DNA from: Lewinellaceae bacterium
GTDB taxonomy: Bacteria > Bacteroidota > Bacteroidia > Chitinophagales > Saprospiraceae
Direction: 5' to 3'
NCBI GenBank assembly: GCA_020636315.1
Contig: JACJYA010000017.1
Coordinates: forward strand, 4,762-68,761
DNA length: 64,000 nt
Shown: positions 9,408 through 18,633 of the stretch, in pieces
Layout of the letters: each line of letters opens with the position of its first letter
Position numbering within the stretch: the first letter of the stretch is position 1
The notes under the pieces: generated by a model
Told to the model about the DNA's origin: nothing
What the model saw: only the letters and a program-made list of their open reading frames with translations
Databases searched by the model: none
Translations under genes and position numbers: made by a program

Positions 9408-9533
9408 ACGGCCAACTAAATTCGGCCCTGGATAAGAGTACAACCAAAATGGCCTAATGGTTTGATCCTGGCTAACCCTTAAGATTTTGCTGTTGACCGA
9501 AAAAGTAAGTAAATTGTTATCCAACTTTTTCCC

Positions 9534-10946
9534 ATGGTAGAATTTTATCTGAACAACCAAAAGATCCGCACCGCCGCCTCTCCCGGCAGCGCCCTGCTCG
9601 ATCTCATCCGCCGGGAACAGGGGCTGACGGGGACGAAGCTCGTCTGCAAAGAAGGAGAATGCGCCGCCTGTGCTGTCTTGGTGGGCAGCCTGCAGGATGG
9701 GCGGGTGAAATATCAGAATATGTGCTCCTGTATCATGCCGCTGGCCAATGCGCAGGGCCGGCACATCGTCACCATCGAAGGGATCAACCTTTCGGAACTC
9801 ACCCCGGTTCAGCAGGCCATAGTGGATTGCCACGGCAGCCAATGCGGGTTCTGTACTCCTGGCTTCGTCGTCTCCCTGTCCGGCGCCCTGCTTACTGATC
9901 ACCGGCCCGGCTACGAACAACTCCTCAGGGCCATCGACGGCAACATCTGCCGCTGCACCGGCTATAAATCCATCGAGCGGGCGGTGCAGCGCATCGCCGA
10001 GGAGCTGCCGAAAGAAAATTACGGGCTGGAAATGCTCATCCGCGAAGGCTACCTGCCCTCCTATTTCAGTACTATGCCCGAAAAACTGCAGGCCATAAAC
10101 AAACCGCCGGAGGCCTCCCAAGCCGGCCAGTTTCCCGTTTTTCTGGGCGGCGGGACCGACCTGCTTGTACAGGCGCCCGAAAAAGTGGCCCACAGCCCGG
10201 TTCAGCCCGTGTCCGAACTACCGGCACTGAGAGGAGTCCGCGAAGAAGGGGGCCGCTGCATCATCGGCGCCGCCACTACAGCCACGGAACTGGAACAATC
10301 GACAGTCTTTCAATCTGTCCTCAATCCCGATGACGGCTTTTTCCACCTCCTCTCCTCCTCTCCTATCCGGAATATGTCCACCGTAGGGGGCAACCTGATC
10401 AATGCCTCTCCTATCGGCGATTTTACTATCCTTTTCCTGGCCCTGGACAGCCATATTCGCCTGCGGGGCCCGGCGGGAGAACGAACGCTGCCCCTGAAGG
10501 AGTTCTACCTGGATTACAAAAAAATGGACAGGAAGCCGGAAGAATACCTGGCGGCCGTCGAATTCGAAATCCCCCAAAAAGAAGTGTGTTTCAGCTTTGA
10601 AAAAGTGAGCACCCGCCGCAACCTGGATATTGCCTCGGTAAATACTGCTGCTGCGATAGCCATCGATGAAAACAACATCATTCGAACCCTGCACCTCTCC
10701 GCCGGCGGCGTGGGGCCCATACCCATGTACCTGCACCAAACCGTCAGCTTTCTGCGGGGCAAGGAACTGAGCGAGGCCAACCTGAAAAAAGCGGTGGCCG
10801 TCATGCAGGAGGAGATCGCTCCCATAAGCGACGCCCGGGGTACGGCCGAATACAAGCGCATGCTGCTGCGGCAGCTGGTGCTGGCGCATTTTCAGAAAGC
10901 TGCGCCGGAGATGGAGATGATCGATATTTTGAAATTGATGAAATAA
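9534..10946 (+). CDS. xdhA: xanthine dehydrogenase-like small subunit ([2Fe-2S] + FAD-binding domains)
   Basis: CKEGECAACAV and CRCTGY iron-sulfur motifs, followed by an FAD-binding segment FLGGGTDLLVQ. Confidence 0.85.
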   Translation: MVEFYLNNQKIRTAASPGSALLDLIRREQGLTGTKLVCKEGECAACAVLVGSLQDGRVKYQNMCSCIMPLANAQGRHIVTIEGINLSELTPVQQAIVDCHGSQCGFCTPGFVVSLSGALLTDHRPGYEQLLRAIDGNICRCTGYKSIERAVQRIAEELPKENYGLEMLIREGYLPSYFSTMPEKLQAINKPPEASQAGQFPVFLGGGTDLLVQAPEKVAHSPVQPVSELPALRGVREEGGRCIIGAATTATELEQSTVFQSVLNPDDGFFHLLSSSPIRNMSTVGGNLINASPIGDFTILFLALDSHIRLRGPAGERTLPLKEFYLDYKKMDRKPEEYLAAVEFEIPQKEVCFSFEKVSTRRNLDIASVNTAAAIAIDENNIIRTLHLSAGGVGPIPMYLHQTVSFLRGKELSEANLKKAVAVMQEEIAPISDARGTAEYKRMLLRQLVLAHFQKAAPEMEMIDILKLMK

Positions 10947-10974
10947 ACAGGCACAGGAATCGCTCCGGGAGGTA

Positions 10975-12756
10975 TCATCGCACTATCCATCTATATCTCA
11001 AACCGGCTCCTACCATCACCTCCTTTTGAACATACACGCTACCTTCCAAAAATAGGTTGGTTTTTCCGAGTGCCCCCCTTCCGGAGGCGACAAACCCAAG
11101 CTCATCCTTAATAGATGCTAAAGCCAGCCGCAGCGTCCTTCCCCCGCTTATATCCTCGAACCCCCAGTTAAACAGGCCAAAGGAAAACACCGGTTCCGGA
11201 GAAAAATGGGCAAAGGGAAAATCATAATATCCCGCATCGACGAAATATTTTGCGCGGTTGCCCACCCGGAGATAAGCGGAAAAAATGGTTTGTGTTGATG
11301 GGCCGAAGTATTGTTGTCCGTTATCCACCGGCCGGCCGCCATAATTAACAAATAATGGGCCCCCTCTAAAGCCCAGGCCCTTGCCATTAAAGAAAAGATA
11401 AGGGCCCAAAGCCCGATAATTGAAATTGTTCTCACTCAGAGGATCCTCGGATTTTACTTCCCCGAAAGAACCGTGAACGCCCGCCCCCACATTCTCTTTA
11501 TCGGAGAGTTGGTAATTATAGGACGCGTCAAAACCGGCAGAAGTGAGTTTTATTTTTTCTGTATCAATAATTCTACCATCGCAATTCCGTGAAACTTCCT
11601 GATAACTGCCGGTAACGCCCCCCACTCCGATATCGATCCAATGATCTCCTTTAACTATACGCGGAATAGTATCCGTTGGAACAGCCACCACTATGGCTGC
11701 GGTAAGCGATAACAGGGAAACCGTGGCCAACCGCTGAGGCATCAGCGCCCAACCCACCCATACCCGACGGATAACGGCCGCCATAGCCGGGCAATACGAA
11801 AGGGTAAGTACTACCTTTTCCTCAAAGCTTAACAGATGGTGGAAGAGGAGAATGAAGGCTGCCAGGGTAAACAAAGCGCCGGCAATAACCAAAGGGGAAA
11901 CACGCTTGGAGCTGTTTTTCGGAATTACGGTTCTGCGCTCATTTCTCCAGAAGAGGCCAAGGGCCACTCCACCGCTCAGCAGACAGATCCACTGGCCAAT
12001 TTTCAACCCGCCTGCCATGAAGCCCAATATTCCCCGGTTCGTCGTAGCCTCCCGGAAGAACTCCATGCCGGCGCGATTCAGCAGGATGGCTCCAACCACC
12101 AAAAGGGCCAGGCTTCCCGGCGCCTTCAGCTTCCGGCGGATACGCCACAAAAAAATAAAGATCAGAAGCGTGGAAACAACAAAAAAGGCCTGGACGGGAT
12201 AGACCGGCAAGGAGGCTGCGGCACCCTCAGGGATCAGGCCTTGTTCCATCTGCCATTCGTAAGCCGGCATCCCCGGCCCGTAACTCCAGGACAACCAACT
12301 GTCCGTAATCACACCATGACAGCACCCCGCCGCCACACAACCCAGGCGCCCTACGGCCGCTGCCAGAGGTAACGCAATGAAAATGACATCGGCCAGGGAA
12401 CCGGGAAGCCGCCAGTATTTTTTGAATAACAGATATACCGGCAGGGCCAGCAAGATGCCGCCAAGAATGGTCTTACCCGACGAATGGGGCAGCACCCCAC
12501 CGTGGAAAAGACCTTGCCAACCGGCCATATCAATTGCTCCCAGCCGGGAGCCGATGACCAGGGCAGTATTGACTGCCGCAATTACGACAAAGCCGAGCAG
12601 CAGGCTCAGCCGGAGCCGCTTCATTTCTTTCCACTGGATAAAAAGAGCAAAAACAACGGCAAGGATGATGGCGCTGTTCCAGAAAATGGCCGCCTGCAAA
12701 TCTGAGAGTTGTAGTTTCGCCAGCATTTTGGTTTGGGTTTTATGGGGTAAGTACAT
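10975..12756 (-). CDS. prolipoprotein diacylglyceryl transferase (Lgt) family domain fused to extra TM segments and a ~230-aa beta-rich C-terminal domain
   Basis: The N-terminal ~280 aa carry Lgt-like motifs (GRLGCVAAGCCHG, YPVQAFF, EFFRE). The C-terminal part has alternating beta-strand-like sequence ending GAGLRYRWIVR. The start may instead be MLAKLQ at 12726. Confidence 0.7.
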   Translation of the reverse strand: MYLPHKTQTKMLAKLQLSDLQAAIFWNSAIILAVVFALFIQWKEMKRLRLSLLLGFVVIAAVNTALVIGSRLGAIDMAGWQGLFHGGVLPHSSGKTILGGILLALPVYLLFKKYWRLPGSLADVIFIALPLAAAVGRLGCVAAGCCHGVITDSWLSWSYGPGMPAYEWQMEQGLIPEGAAASLPVYPVQAFFVVSTLLIFIFLWRIRRKLKAPGSLALLVVGAILLNRAGMEFFREATTNRGILGFMAGGLKIGQWICLLSGGVALGLFWRNERRTVIPKNSSKRVSPLVIAGALFTLAAFILLFHHLLSFEEKVVLTLSYCPAMAAVIRRVWVGWALMPQRLATVSLLSLTAAIVVAVPTDTIPRIVKGDHWIDIGVGGVTGSYQEVSRNCDGRIIDTEKIKLTSAGFDASYNYQLSDKENVGAGVHGSFGEVKSEDPLSENNFNYRALGPYLFFNGKGLGFRGGPLFVNYGGRPVDNGQQYFGPSTQTIFSAYLRVGNRAKYFVDAGYYDFPFAHFSPEPVFSFGLFNWGFEDISGGRTLRLALASIKDELGFVASGRGALGKTNLFLEGSVYVQKEVMVGAGLRYRWIVR

Positions 12757-12759
12757 GGA

Positions 12760-12792
12760 CTGAATTAATGAATGACTGAATGATTGAATACC
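12760..12792 (+). repeat. tandem tract (TGAATGAN)n
   Basis: CTGAATTAATGAATGACTGAATGATTGAATACC. The related tract GAATGAAGGATTGAATGAATGAATACC lies at 55041-55067. Confidence 0.6.
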
Positions 12793-13074
12793 AGCGCCTT
12801 AGATGGCACTTTGTGTCTCACTACATGTTGTCCATGTACTTAAAAAATATTACTTCACGACATAAACTCACTGTCCACAGAAGTAATTTGCGAGCAAAAT
12901 AATTTTAATAAATACTTTCCTCTTTTTCAATGATATTTATCAGCAATGACTGGTTTCAGCCCCGAACATCAAAGCCCGTCTTATTGATCGGCACTTAATT
13001 ATTCTCTAACTTGGCATTTGTGGCAATACTCTCTCTATTATGAACTTTTGTACTTGACAGACTATCAGCAGATC

Positions 13075-15366
13075 ATGAACAAAAAAACGGCTCAACCCCT
13101 GCCCCGCTCCTTCTCCGGCCACCTCGACGCCGCCAACCACGTCCGCGGCCAGTCCATTTACGTGGACGACCTCCCGGAGTACGCCGGCACTCTTTACGCC
13201 CGGGTGTTCTATTCTCCCGTGGCGCACGGCCGCATCCTCAGGCTTGAGGTGGAAGAGGCGGAACAGGTGGAAGGAGTGGCCCGGATATTCACCTTCCGGG
13301 ACATCCCCGGCGAGAACCAGATCGGCAACATCGTACAAGATGAACCCCTGCTGGCGGAAGAGGAAGTGCATTACATCGGCCAGCCCATCGCCCTCATCGT
13401 GGCGGTCAGCCCGGAAGCCGCCGAAAAGGCCCGGAAACTGATCCGGGTGGAGATCGAAGAGTTGCCCGCCGTCACGGAGCCGCGGGAGGCCTACCGGCAG
13501 GGGCAGTTGCTGCACGGCTCCCGGAAGTTCGAGATGGGCGATGTGGCCGCCGCTTTCAGCCGGTGCAGGTACATTTTTGAAGGCGCCGCCCATACCGGTG
13601 GCCAGGAGCACGTTTATCTGGAGCCCCAGGGGGCTTATGCCGTTCCCCGGGAAGGCAAGGTATTCATTCACAGCTCCACCCAGGGGCCCACCCAGGTGCA
13701 GCGGGCGGCAGCACGGGTGCTGGGCCTGTCGATGAACCAGGTTGAAGTGGATGTCACCCGCCTTGGCGGGGGCTTCGGCGGCAAGGAAGACCAGGCTTCC
13801 CCCTGGGCGGCTATGGTAGCGCTGGCGGCCCACGTGTTGAAAAAGCCGGTGAAGTACATCCTCAGCCGCCACGAAGACCTCCTGATGACCGGCAAGCGCC
13901 ACGCTTACGACAGCGACTACCGCATCGGGCTGGATGAAAACCTGAAGATCATCGCCTACGAGGCCACTTTCTACCAGAACGGAGGCGCCGCGGCCGACCT
14001 CTCCCCTGCCGTACTGGAACGCACCCTTTTCCACGCCACCAACAGCTACTACGTGCCCAACGCCCGGCTGACGGCCCACTGCTGCCGGACGAACATCGCT
14101 CCCAGCACGGCCTTCCGCGGGTTCGGCGGGCCGCAGGGCATGTTCGTCATCGAGGCGGCCATTCACCATGCTGCCCGCGAGCTTGGGGTGGCCCCCCTGG
14201 ATATCCAGCAGAAGAACCTGTTTGAGGATGGCCAGGAGTTTCCCTATGGCCAGGTGATTAAGGACAGCGAAGCCCGCCATTGCTGGATGGAGAACATCGA
14301 AAGGAACAATCTCCATCAACTGCGGGCAGAGATCCGGGAGTACAATGCCGCCCACCGCCTCAGCAAAAAGGGCATGCACCTTATGCCCGTTTGTTTCGGC
14401 ATCTCCTTTACCAATACCATGATGAACCACGCCCGCGCTCTGGTGCACGTTTACAGCGACGGCAGCGTCGGATTCAGCACCGGGGCAGTGGAAATGGGGC
14501 AGGGCGCCAGCACCAAGCTGATGCAGGTGGCCGCCCGGGAGTTCGGCCTGAGGCTGGATCAGGTGAGGATAGAAACGACCAATACCACCCGCGTGGCCAA
14601 CACTTCCCCCTCGGCGGCCAGCGCCACTTCCGACCTTAACGGCAAGGCCCTGCAGGATGCCTGCGGGCAGATCCGGGAACGCCTTTTTGCCATACTTCGG
14701 GAGGAAATGGGGTTGGAGGAAATAGCTGGGTTGCAGCTCCGGAACAATGTCGTTTTCGCAAACGACAGCCAGCTGGATATGTCCTGGCGGGAACTGGTGC
14801 AACTGGCCTTCACCCGCCGCATCAACCTGAGCGCCAAGGGCCACTACGCCACCCCGGAGATCCATTTCGACAAGCAGAAAGAAAAAGGGCACCCCTTTGC
14901 TTACCACGTCTTTGGCGCCGCCGCCCTGCTCTGCACGGTGGACTGCCTGCGGGGCACCTACGCCTTCGATGCGGTACACATCGTCCACGACTTCGGCAGC
15001 AGCATGAACGCCGGGGTTGACCTGGGCCAGGTGGAAGGCGGCCTGGTGCAGGGCATCGGCTGGATGACTATGGAACACCTGCAGCATACGCCGGAAGGCC
15101 GGCTTTTGTCTCAAACCCTGTCCAATTACAAGATCCCGGATATCTATGCAGTGCCCCGGGAGGTGAGCGTGCGCTTCCTGGGCTCGGAAGGGTCAGAACA
15201 CGCCATTTACAAGAGCAAAACCACCGGCGAGCCCCCTTTGATGTACGGCATCGGCGCTTATTTTGCCCTGTACGACGCCATCCTCGCCTTCAATCCGGGA
15301 GCTGCCCGGCTTTATCATGCTCCTATGACTCCGGAGAGGGTGCTGGGGCTGCTGTATGAGGCTTAG
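13075..15366 (+). CDS. xdhB: xanthine dehydrogenase-like molybdopterin-binding large subunit
   Basis: Start moved to MNKKTAQPL (ATG 13075). Motifs GGGFGGKE, AFRGFGGPQG and C-terminal TGEPPL are typical of the aldehyde oxidase/xanthine dehydrogenase family. Confidence 0.9.
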   Translation: MNKKTAQPLPRSFSGHLDAANHVRGQSIYVDDLPEYAGTLYARVFYSPVAHGRILRLEVEEAEQVEGVARIFTFRDIPGENQIGNIVQDEPLLAEEEVHYIGQPIALIVAVSPEAAEKARKLIRVEIEELPAVTEPREAYRQGQLLHGSRKFEMGDVAAAFSRCRYIFEGAAHTGGQEHVYLEPQGAYAVPREGKVFIHSSTQGPTQVQRAAARVLGLSMNQVEVDVTRLGGGFGGKEDQASPWAAMVALAAHVLKKPVKYILSRHEDLLMTGKRHAYDSDYRIGLDENLKIIAYEATFYQNGGAAADLSPAVLERTLFHATNSYYVPNARLTAHCCRTNIAPSTAFRGFGGPQGMFVIEAAIHHAARELGVAPLDIQQKNLFEDGQEFPYGQVIKDSEARHCWMENIERNNLHQLRAEIREYNAAHRLSKKGMHLMPVCFGISFTNTMMNHARALVHVYSDGSVGFSTGAVEMGQGASTKLMQVAAREFGLRLDQVRIETTNTTRVANTSPSAASATSDLNGKALQDACGQIRERLFAILREEMGLEEIAGLQLRNNVVFANDSQLDMSWRELVQLAFTRRINLSAKGHYATPEIHFDKQKEKGHPFAYHVFGAAALLCTVDCLRGTYAFDAVHIVHDFGSSMNAGVDLGQVEGGLVQGIGWMTMEHLQHTPEGRLLSQTLSNYKIPDIYAVPREVSVRFLGSEGSEHAIYKSKTTGEPPLMYGIGAYFALYDAILAFNPGAARLYHAPMTPERVLGLLYEA

Positions 15367-15384
15367 GGGCGGGATGGGAGCTTC

Positions 15385-15954
15385 TCACTCCCGCAGAAAC
15401 TCCAGTTCATCCTTAACCGACAGCTGCGCCACCACCGAGGGCCGGGACCGCTCCTTTTCGCTACGGCGGTGCCGGGATACGTAATCCACCCGCTCGATCA
15501 CGTCAGAGCTAATGGCGCCGAAATTGTCGGGGTAATAGCCCTGCCGGAGGTCGGCGGCGGTAGCCACCAGGGGTTTGCCAAGGCGGCCGATCAGTTCGCG
15601 GCAGTATTCGTCCTGCACCAGGCGGATGGCCACCTGGCCGTCTTCAGACAGGATGCTGTTGGGCAGGTTGCGCCCCTGTTCGTAGAGCACGGTCAGGGGG
15701 CGGAGGTGATAGGTAAGGAGGGTTTCGATCCGGGGGTGAAGGTGAACGATGTATCGCCGCAGCATATCGATGGAATTGACGAGGATTTCCAAACCAAGCG
15801 CGTCATCTGTGCGTTTGAGCTGGCGCAGGCGGCCGACGGCCCGGGGGTTGGTGGCATTGCAGCCAATACTCCAGACGGTATCCGTCGGGTAGAGAATGAG
15901 GCCTCCTGTAAGGAGCGTTTCCAGGGCGCTTTCGAGATCGTAGTTCTGAACCAT
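15385..15954 (-). CDS. tsaC: L-threonylcarbamoyladenylate synthase (YrdC/TsaC family)
   Basis: ~190 aa with a YrdC-domain signature LILYPTDTVWSIGCNATN. Start taken at MVQNYDLE. Confidence 0.8.
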   Translation of the reverse strand: MVQNYDLESALETLLTGGLILYPTDTVWSIGCNATNPRAVGRLRQLKRTDDALGLEILVNSIDMLRRYIVHLHPRIETLLTYHLRPLTVLYEQGRNLPNSILSEDGQVAIRLVQDEYCRELIGRLGKPLVATAADLRQGYYPDNFGAISSDVIERVDYVSRHRRSEKERSRPSVVAQLSVKDELEFLRE

Positions 15955-16315
15955 AATAGCCCTTCCATTTGTAGAGGTAGTCATACGCATTGGGTTAATA
16001 CCATTTTACAACCAATGATACAATTCTGAGTCAGTTAAGGATAAAGGCTATGAGCAGTTTTGGGACGTAAGTTTGTATTTCTGAGGACTTTTAGCGGGAT
16101 TATGAAGCCCGGCTGGCAGGGGTTCTGTCACAAAACTTACCAACCGCCAAAATATAAAATCAAAAGGCCAAGGATTGCAAAACAATATTTATCTTGACCG
16201 TATTATTGTGGCAACACAATCATTACAACTGAAAAATGGGCTTTCTATTGTCCGGGAAGCCGGTAAATTTCTAAAAACGACACCCTTGAGCTTTTTTATA
16301 CGCACTATCATCACT

Positions 16316-18550
16316 ATGGGGATACTGCTGTCTGCGCTTTCCCTGCAGGCAGCCCATATCATTGGAGGGGAGATCACCTACGAATGCCTGGGATGGACGA
16401 ACGGAGACCCCAACTCAGGCAGCCGTTCCTATCAGTTTTACATGAACATCTACCGGGACTGCCAGGGCGGAGGAGCCCCTTTTGATTCTCCCAATGCTCC
16501 CTACCCGGCCACCATTACCATTTATCGTACGGGCCTTTCAGGAGACTTCATGAGGTTCCAGGCCGGCTTCCCCCAGGTAGAATTCATTGACCCCGACCCG
16601 GGCAACCCCTGCGTGATCATTCCGAACAACGTATGCGTACAAAGAGGCGTCTATACTTTTCCGGTGGTTGACCTCCCGGTTTCCGATCAAAGTTATTTCA
16701 TCGTTTATCAACGCTGCTGCCGCAATAACACCATTACCAATATCGTAGCGCCGGAAAGCTCCGGAGCCACCTATTTTATGGAGCTGACCCCGGAAGCCCA
16801 GAGCGTGTGCAACAACAGCCCCACCTACAACGGGTTCCCCCCTATCATTTTGTGTGCGAACGAACCTTTCGAATACGACCATTCCGCCAGTGACGCCGAA
16901 GGCGACCAGCTCGTCTATGAATTTTGCTCGCCTTTCCTCGGGGGCGGCCTGAACTTCGACCAGCCGACCTCTTTCAATGGAGTCGCTCCCAACCCGGATG
17001 CGCCCCCTCCCTATGACCCGGTAACCTTTGTTGCCCCCTTTTACAGCGCCCTCGACCCGCTGGGCATCGACGCCGACATCAACATTGACGTCAATACGGG
17101 CCTGATCACCGGCACCCCCAACGCACAGGGGCAGTTCGTGGTGGGGGTATGTGTGAAGGAATACCGCAACGGCCAGTTGCTGAGCATTGTGCGGCGGGAT
17201 TTTCAGTTCAACGTCACCAACTGTGACCCTACCGTCGTGGCCGATATCCGGGAAGACGACATCATCAATGGCCAGGAATTCCTCATCACTTCCTGTGGGG
17301 AAAACCGCATCAGTTTTCTCAACCAGAGTTACCAGCAATCGCGCATCATGGAATGGTTCTGGACTTTCGGGCTGGGTGGCCGCGATACCGTCATCAACAG
17401 CTGGAACGCCATTGTCAACTTTCCGGGGATCGGGGAATACGAAGGGAAACTCATTCTCAACCCCGGCACCGACTGCGGCGATACGGCCCGCATCCGGGTG
17501 AAAGTCTTCCCGGAAATCTCTGCCGATTTCGATTATGAATACGACACCTGCGTTGCGGGGCCGGTCCTGTTCAGTGACCTTTCTTCCACCGGCACCGGTG
17601 AGATCAGCAACTGGAACTGGGACTTCGGCGACGGCAACGGGTCCAGCAACCAGGATCCACAGTACGTGTATTCCGAGCCGGGCGAACGGCTCGTGCGCCT
17701 GAAAGTGACGGATTTCAACGGCTGCCAGGATTCCGTCAGCAAAGAGATCCCCTATTTTCCCGTTCCGGCCCTGCTGATCGTCTCTCCCAGTTCCTTTACC
17801 GGCTGTGCCCCGGGCAACATCTTTTTCAACAACCTCTCCACCCCGATCGACGAAAGTTATGACGTACAATGGGAGTTCGGGGACGGCGGAAGCGCCACCG
17901 ATATCAGCCCGGATCATACGTTCACCCGGGAAGGCACTTTTTCCGTCACGCTGGACATCACCTCTCCCATCGGCTGCCAGACCGATACGGCCTTCACCGA
18001 CCTGATCACCATTGAGCCGTCTCCGGTTGCCGATTTCACCTATTCCCCTCAGGAACTGGACAATTTCAATTCAGAGGTTCGTTTTACCGACCGGTCCAGC
18101 GGTGCAGGCAAATGGTTCTGGGATCTGGAAGGCGTGGCCTATTCCACCCAGCAAAACCCTATCTACACTTTTCGGGACACCGGCAGGCAGGAGATCTCCC
18201 TAATTGTCACCCATCCCAGCGGCTGCAAGGATACAGCCACACAGGTAATCGATATTGTACCTAAAGTGACTTACTTTTTACCCAATGCATTTTCGCCCAA
18301 TGACGACTCGGTCAATGACATCTTCCTGGGAAAAGGTTATCTTGAAGGCGTCCGGGGTTTTGAGATGAGCATCTGGAACCGCTGGGGGGAGAACATCTTC
18401 AGCACTTCCGACCCCCTGGAAGGATGGAACGGGCGGAAGCACAATACCGGCAACCCGGCGCCGGAGGGCGTCTATGTTTGCCTCGTCCGCTATACCAGCC
18501 CCCGCGGAGAACCCATAGAAATCAAAGGCTTCGCCACCCTGATACGCTAG
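16316..18550 (+). CDS. T9SS type-B sorting domain (CHU_C) secreted protein with Cys-rich N-domain and PKD repeats
   Basis: PKD signatures (WNWDFGDGNGSS, WEFGDGGSAT). C-terminal gliding-motility-associated domain YFLPNAFSPNDDSVNDIF...GWNGR...GVYVCLVRY. A TTG at 16286 (MSFFIRTIITMGILLSALSLQA) is an alternative start. Confidence 0.8.
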   Translation: MGILLSALSLQAAHIIGGEITYECLGWTNGDPNSGSRSYQFYMNIYRDCQGGGAPFDSPNAPYPATITIYRTGLSGDFMRFQAGFPQVEFIDPDPGNPCVIIPNNVCVQRGVYTFPVVDLPVSDQSYFIVYQRCCRNNTITNIVAPESSGATYFMELTPEAQSVCNNSPTYNGFPPIILCANEPFEYDHSASDAEGDQLVYEFCSPFLGGGLNFDQPTSFNGVAPNPDAPPPYDPVTFVAPFYSALDPLGIDADINIDVNTGLITGTPNAQGQFVVGVCVKEYRNGQLLSIVRRDFQFNVTNCDPTVVADIREDDIINGQEFLITSCGENRISFLNQSYQQSRIMEWFWTFGLGGRDTVINSWNAIVNFPGIGEYEGKLILNPGTDCGDTARIRVKVFPEISADFDYEYDTCVAGPVLFSDLSSTGTGEISNWNWDFGDGNGSSNQDPQYVYSEPGERLVRLKVTDFNGCQDSVSKEIPYFPVPALLIVSPSSFTGCAPGNIFFNNLSTPIDESYDVQWEFGDGGSATDISPDHTFTREGTFSVTLDITSPIGCQTDTAFTDLITIEPSPVADFTYSPQELDNFNSEVRFTDRSSGAGKWFWDLEGVAYSTQQNPIYTFRDTGRQEISLIVTHPSGCKDTATQVIDIVPKVTYFLPNAFSPNDDSVNDIFLGKGYLEGVRGFEMSIWNRWGENIFSTSDPLEGWNGRKHNTGNPAPEGVYVCLVRYTSPRGEPIEIKGFATLIR

Positions 18551-18633
18551 GATGCCGGCGAGGCGTTAGAAGGAAAATATCAACCGGATACAGGCAAAGC
18601 CTTTTATTCCGGCAACTCGTAATTTTCAAGGCT

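Noticed and set aside
13006-15114. Very long antisense ORFs: 702 aa opposite xdhB. Similar cases are 58091-60082 (663 aa) opposite the S41-like gene, 27855-29924 (689 aa) opposite the sensor kinase, 16538-17917, 21840-23240 and 1047-2141.
   Set aside because: Each lies fully within a sense gene that has clear family motifs. Their translations are Gly/Ala/Arg/Val-rich low-complexity sequence with no motifs. This is the expected artefact of GC-rich third positions suppressing stop codons on the opposite strand.
16349-16390. Mature N-terminus HIIGGEITYEC (and HIIGGVITYEC in the paralog), reminiscent of the IVGG N-terminus of activated trypsin-like proteases.
   Set aside because: No His/Asp/Ser catalytic triad contexts (TAAHC, DIAL, GDSGGP) follow. 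The domain is Cys-rich and much shorter than a protease domain. The resemblance is coincidental.
18424-18633. ORF-track N-terminal extensions (for example 18424 for the second T9SS gene, 408 for GH2, 8141 for the peroxidase, 13018 for xdhB, 47867 for rfbC, 46874 for the ThrC-like gene).
   Set aside because: The extensions overlap the preceding gene or promoter boxes, or use TTG/GTG codons upstream of a clear ATG plus signal peptide. Internal starts give canonical N-termini.
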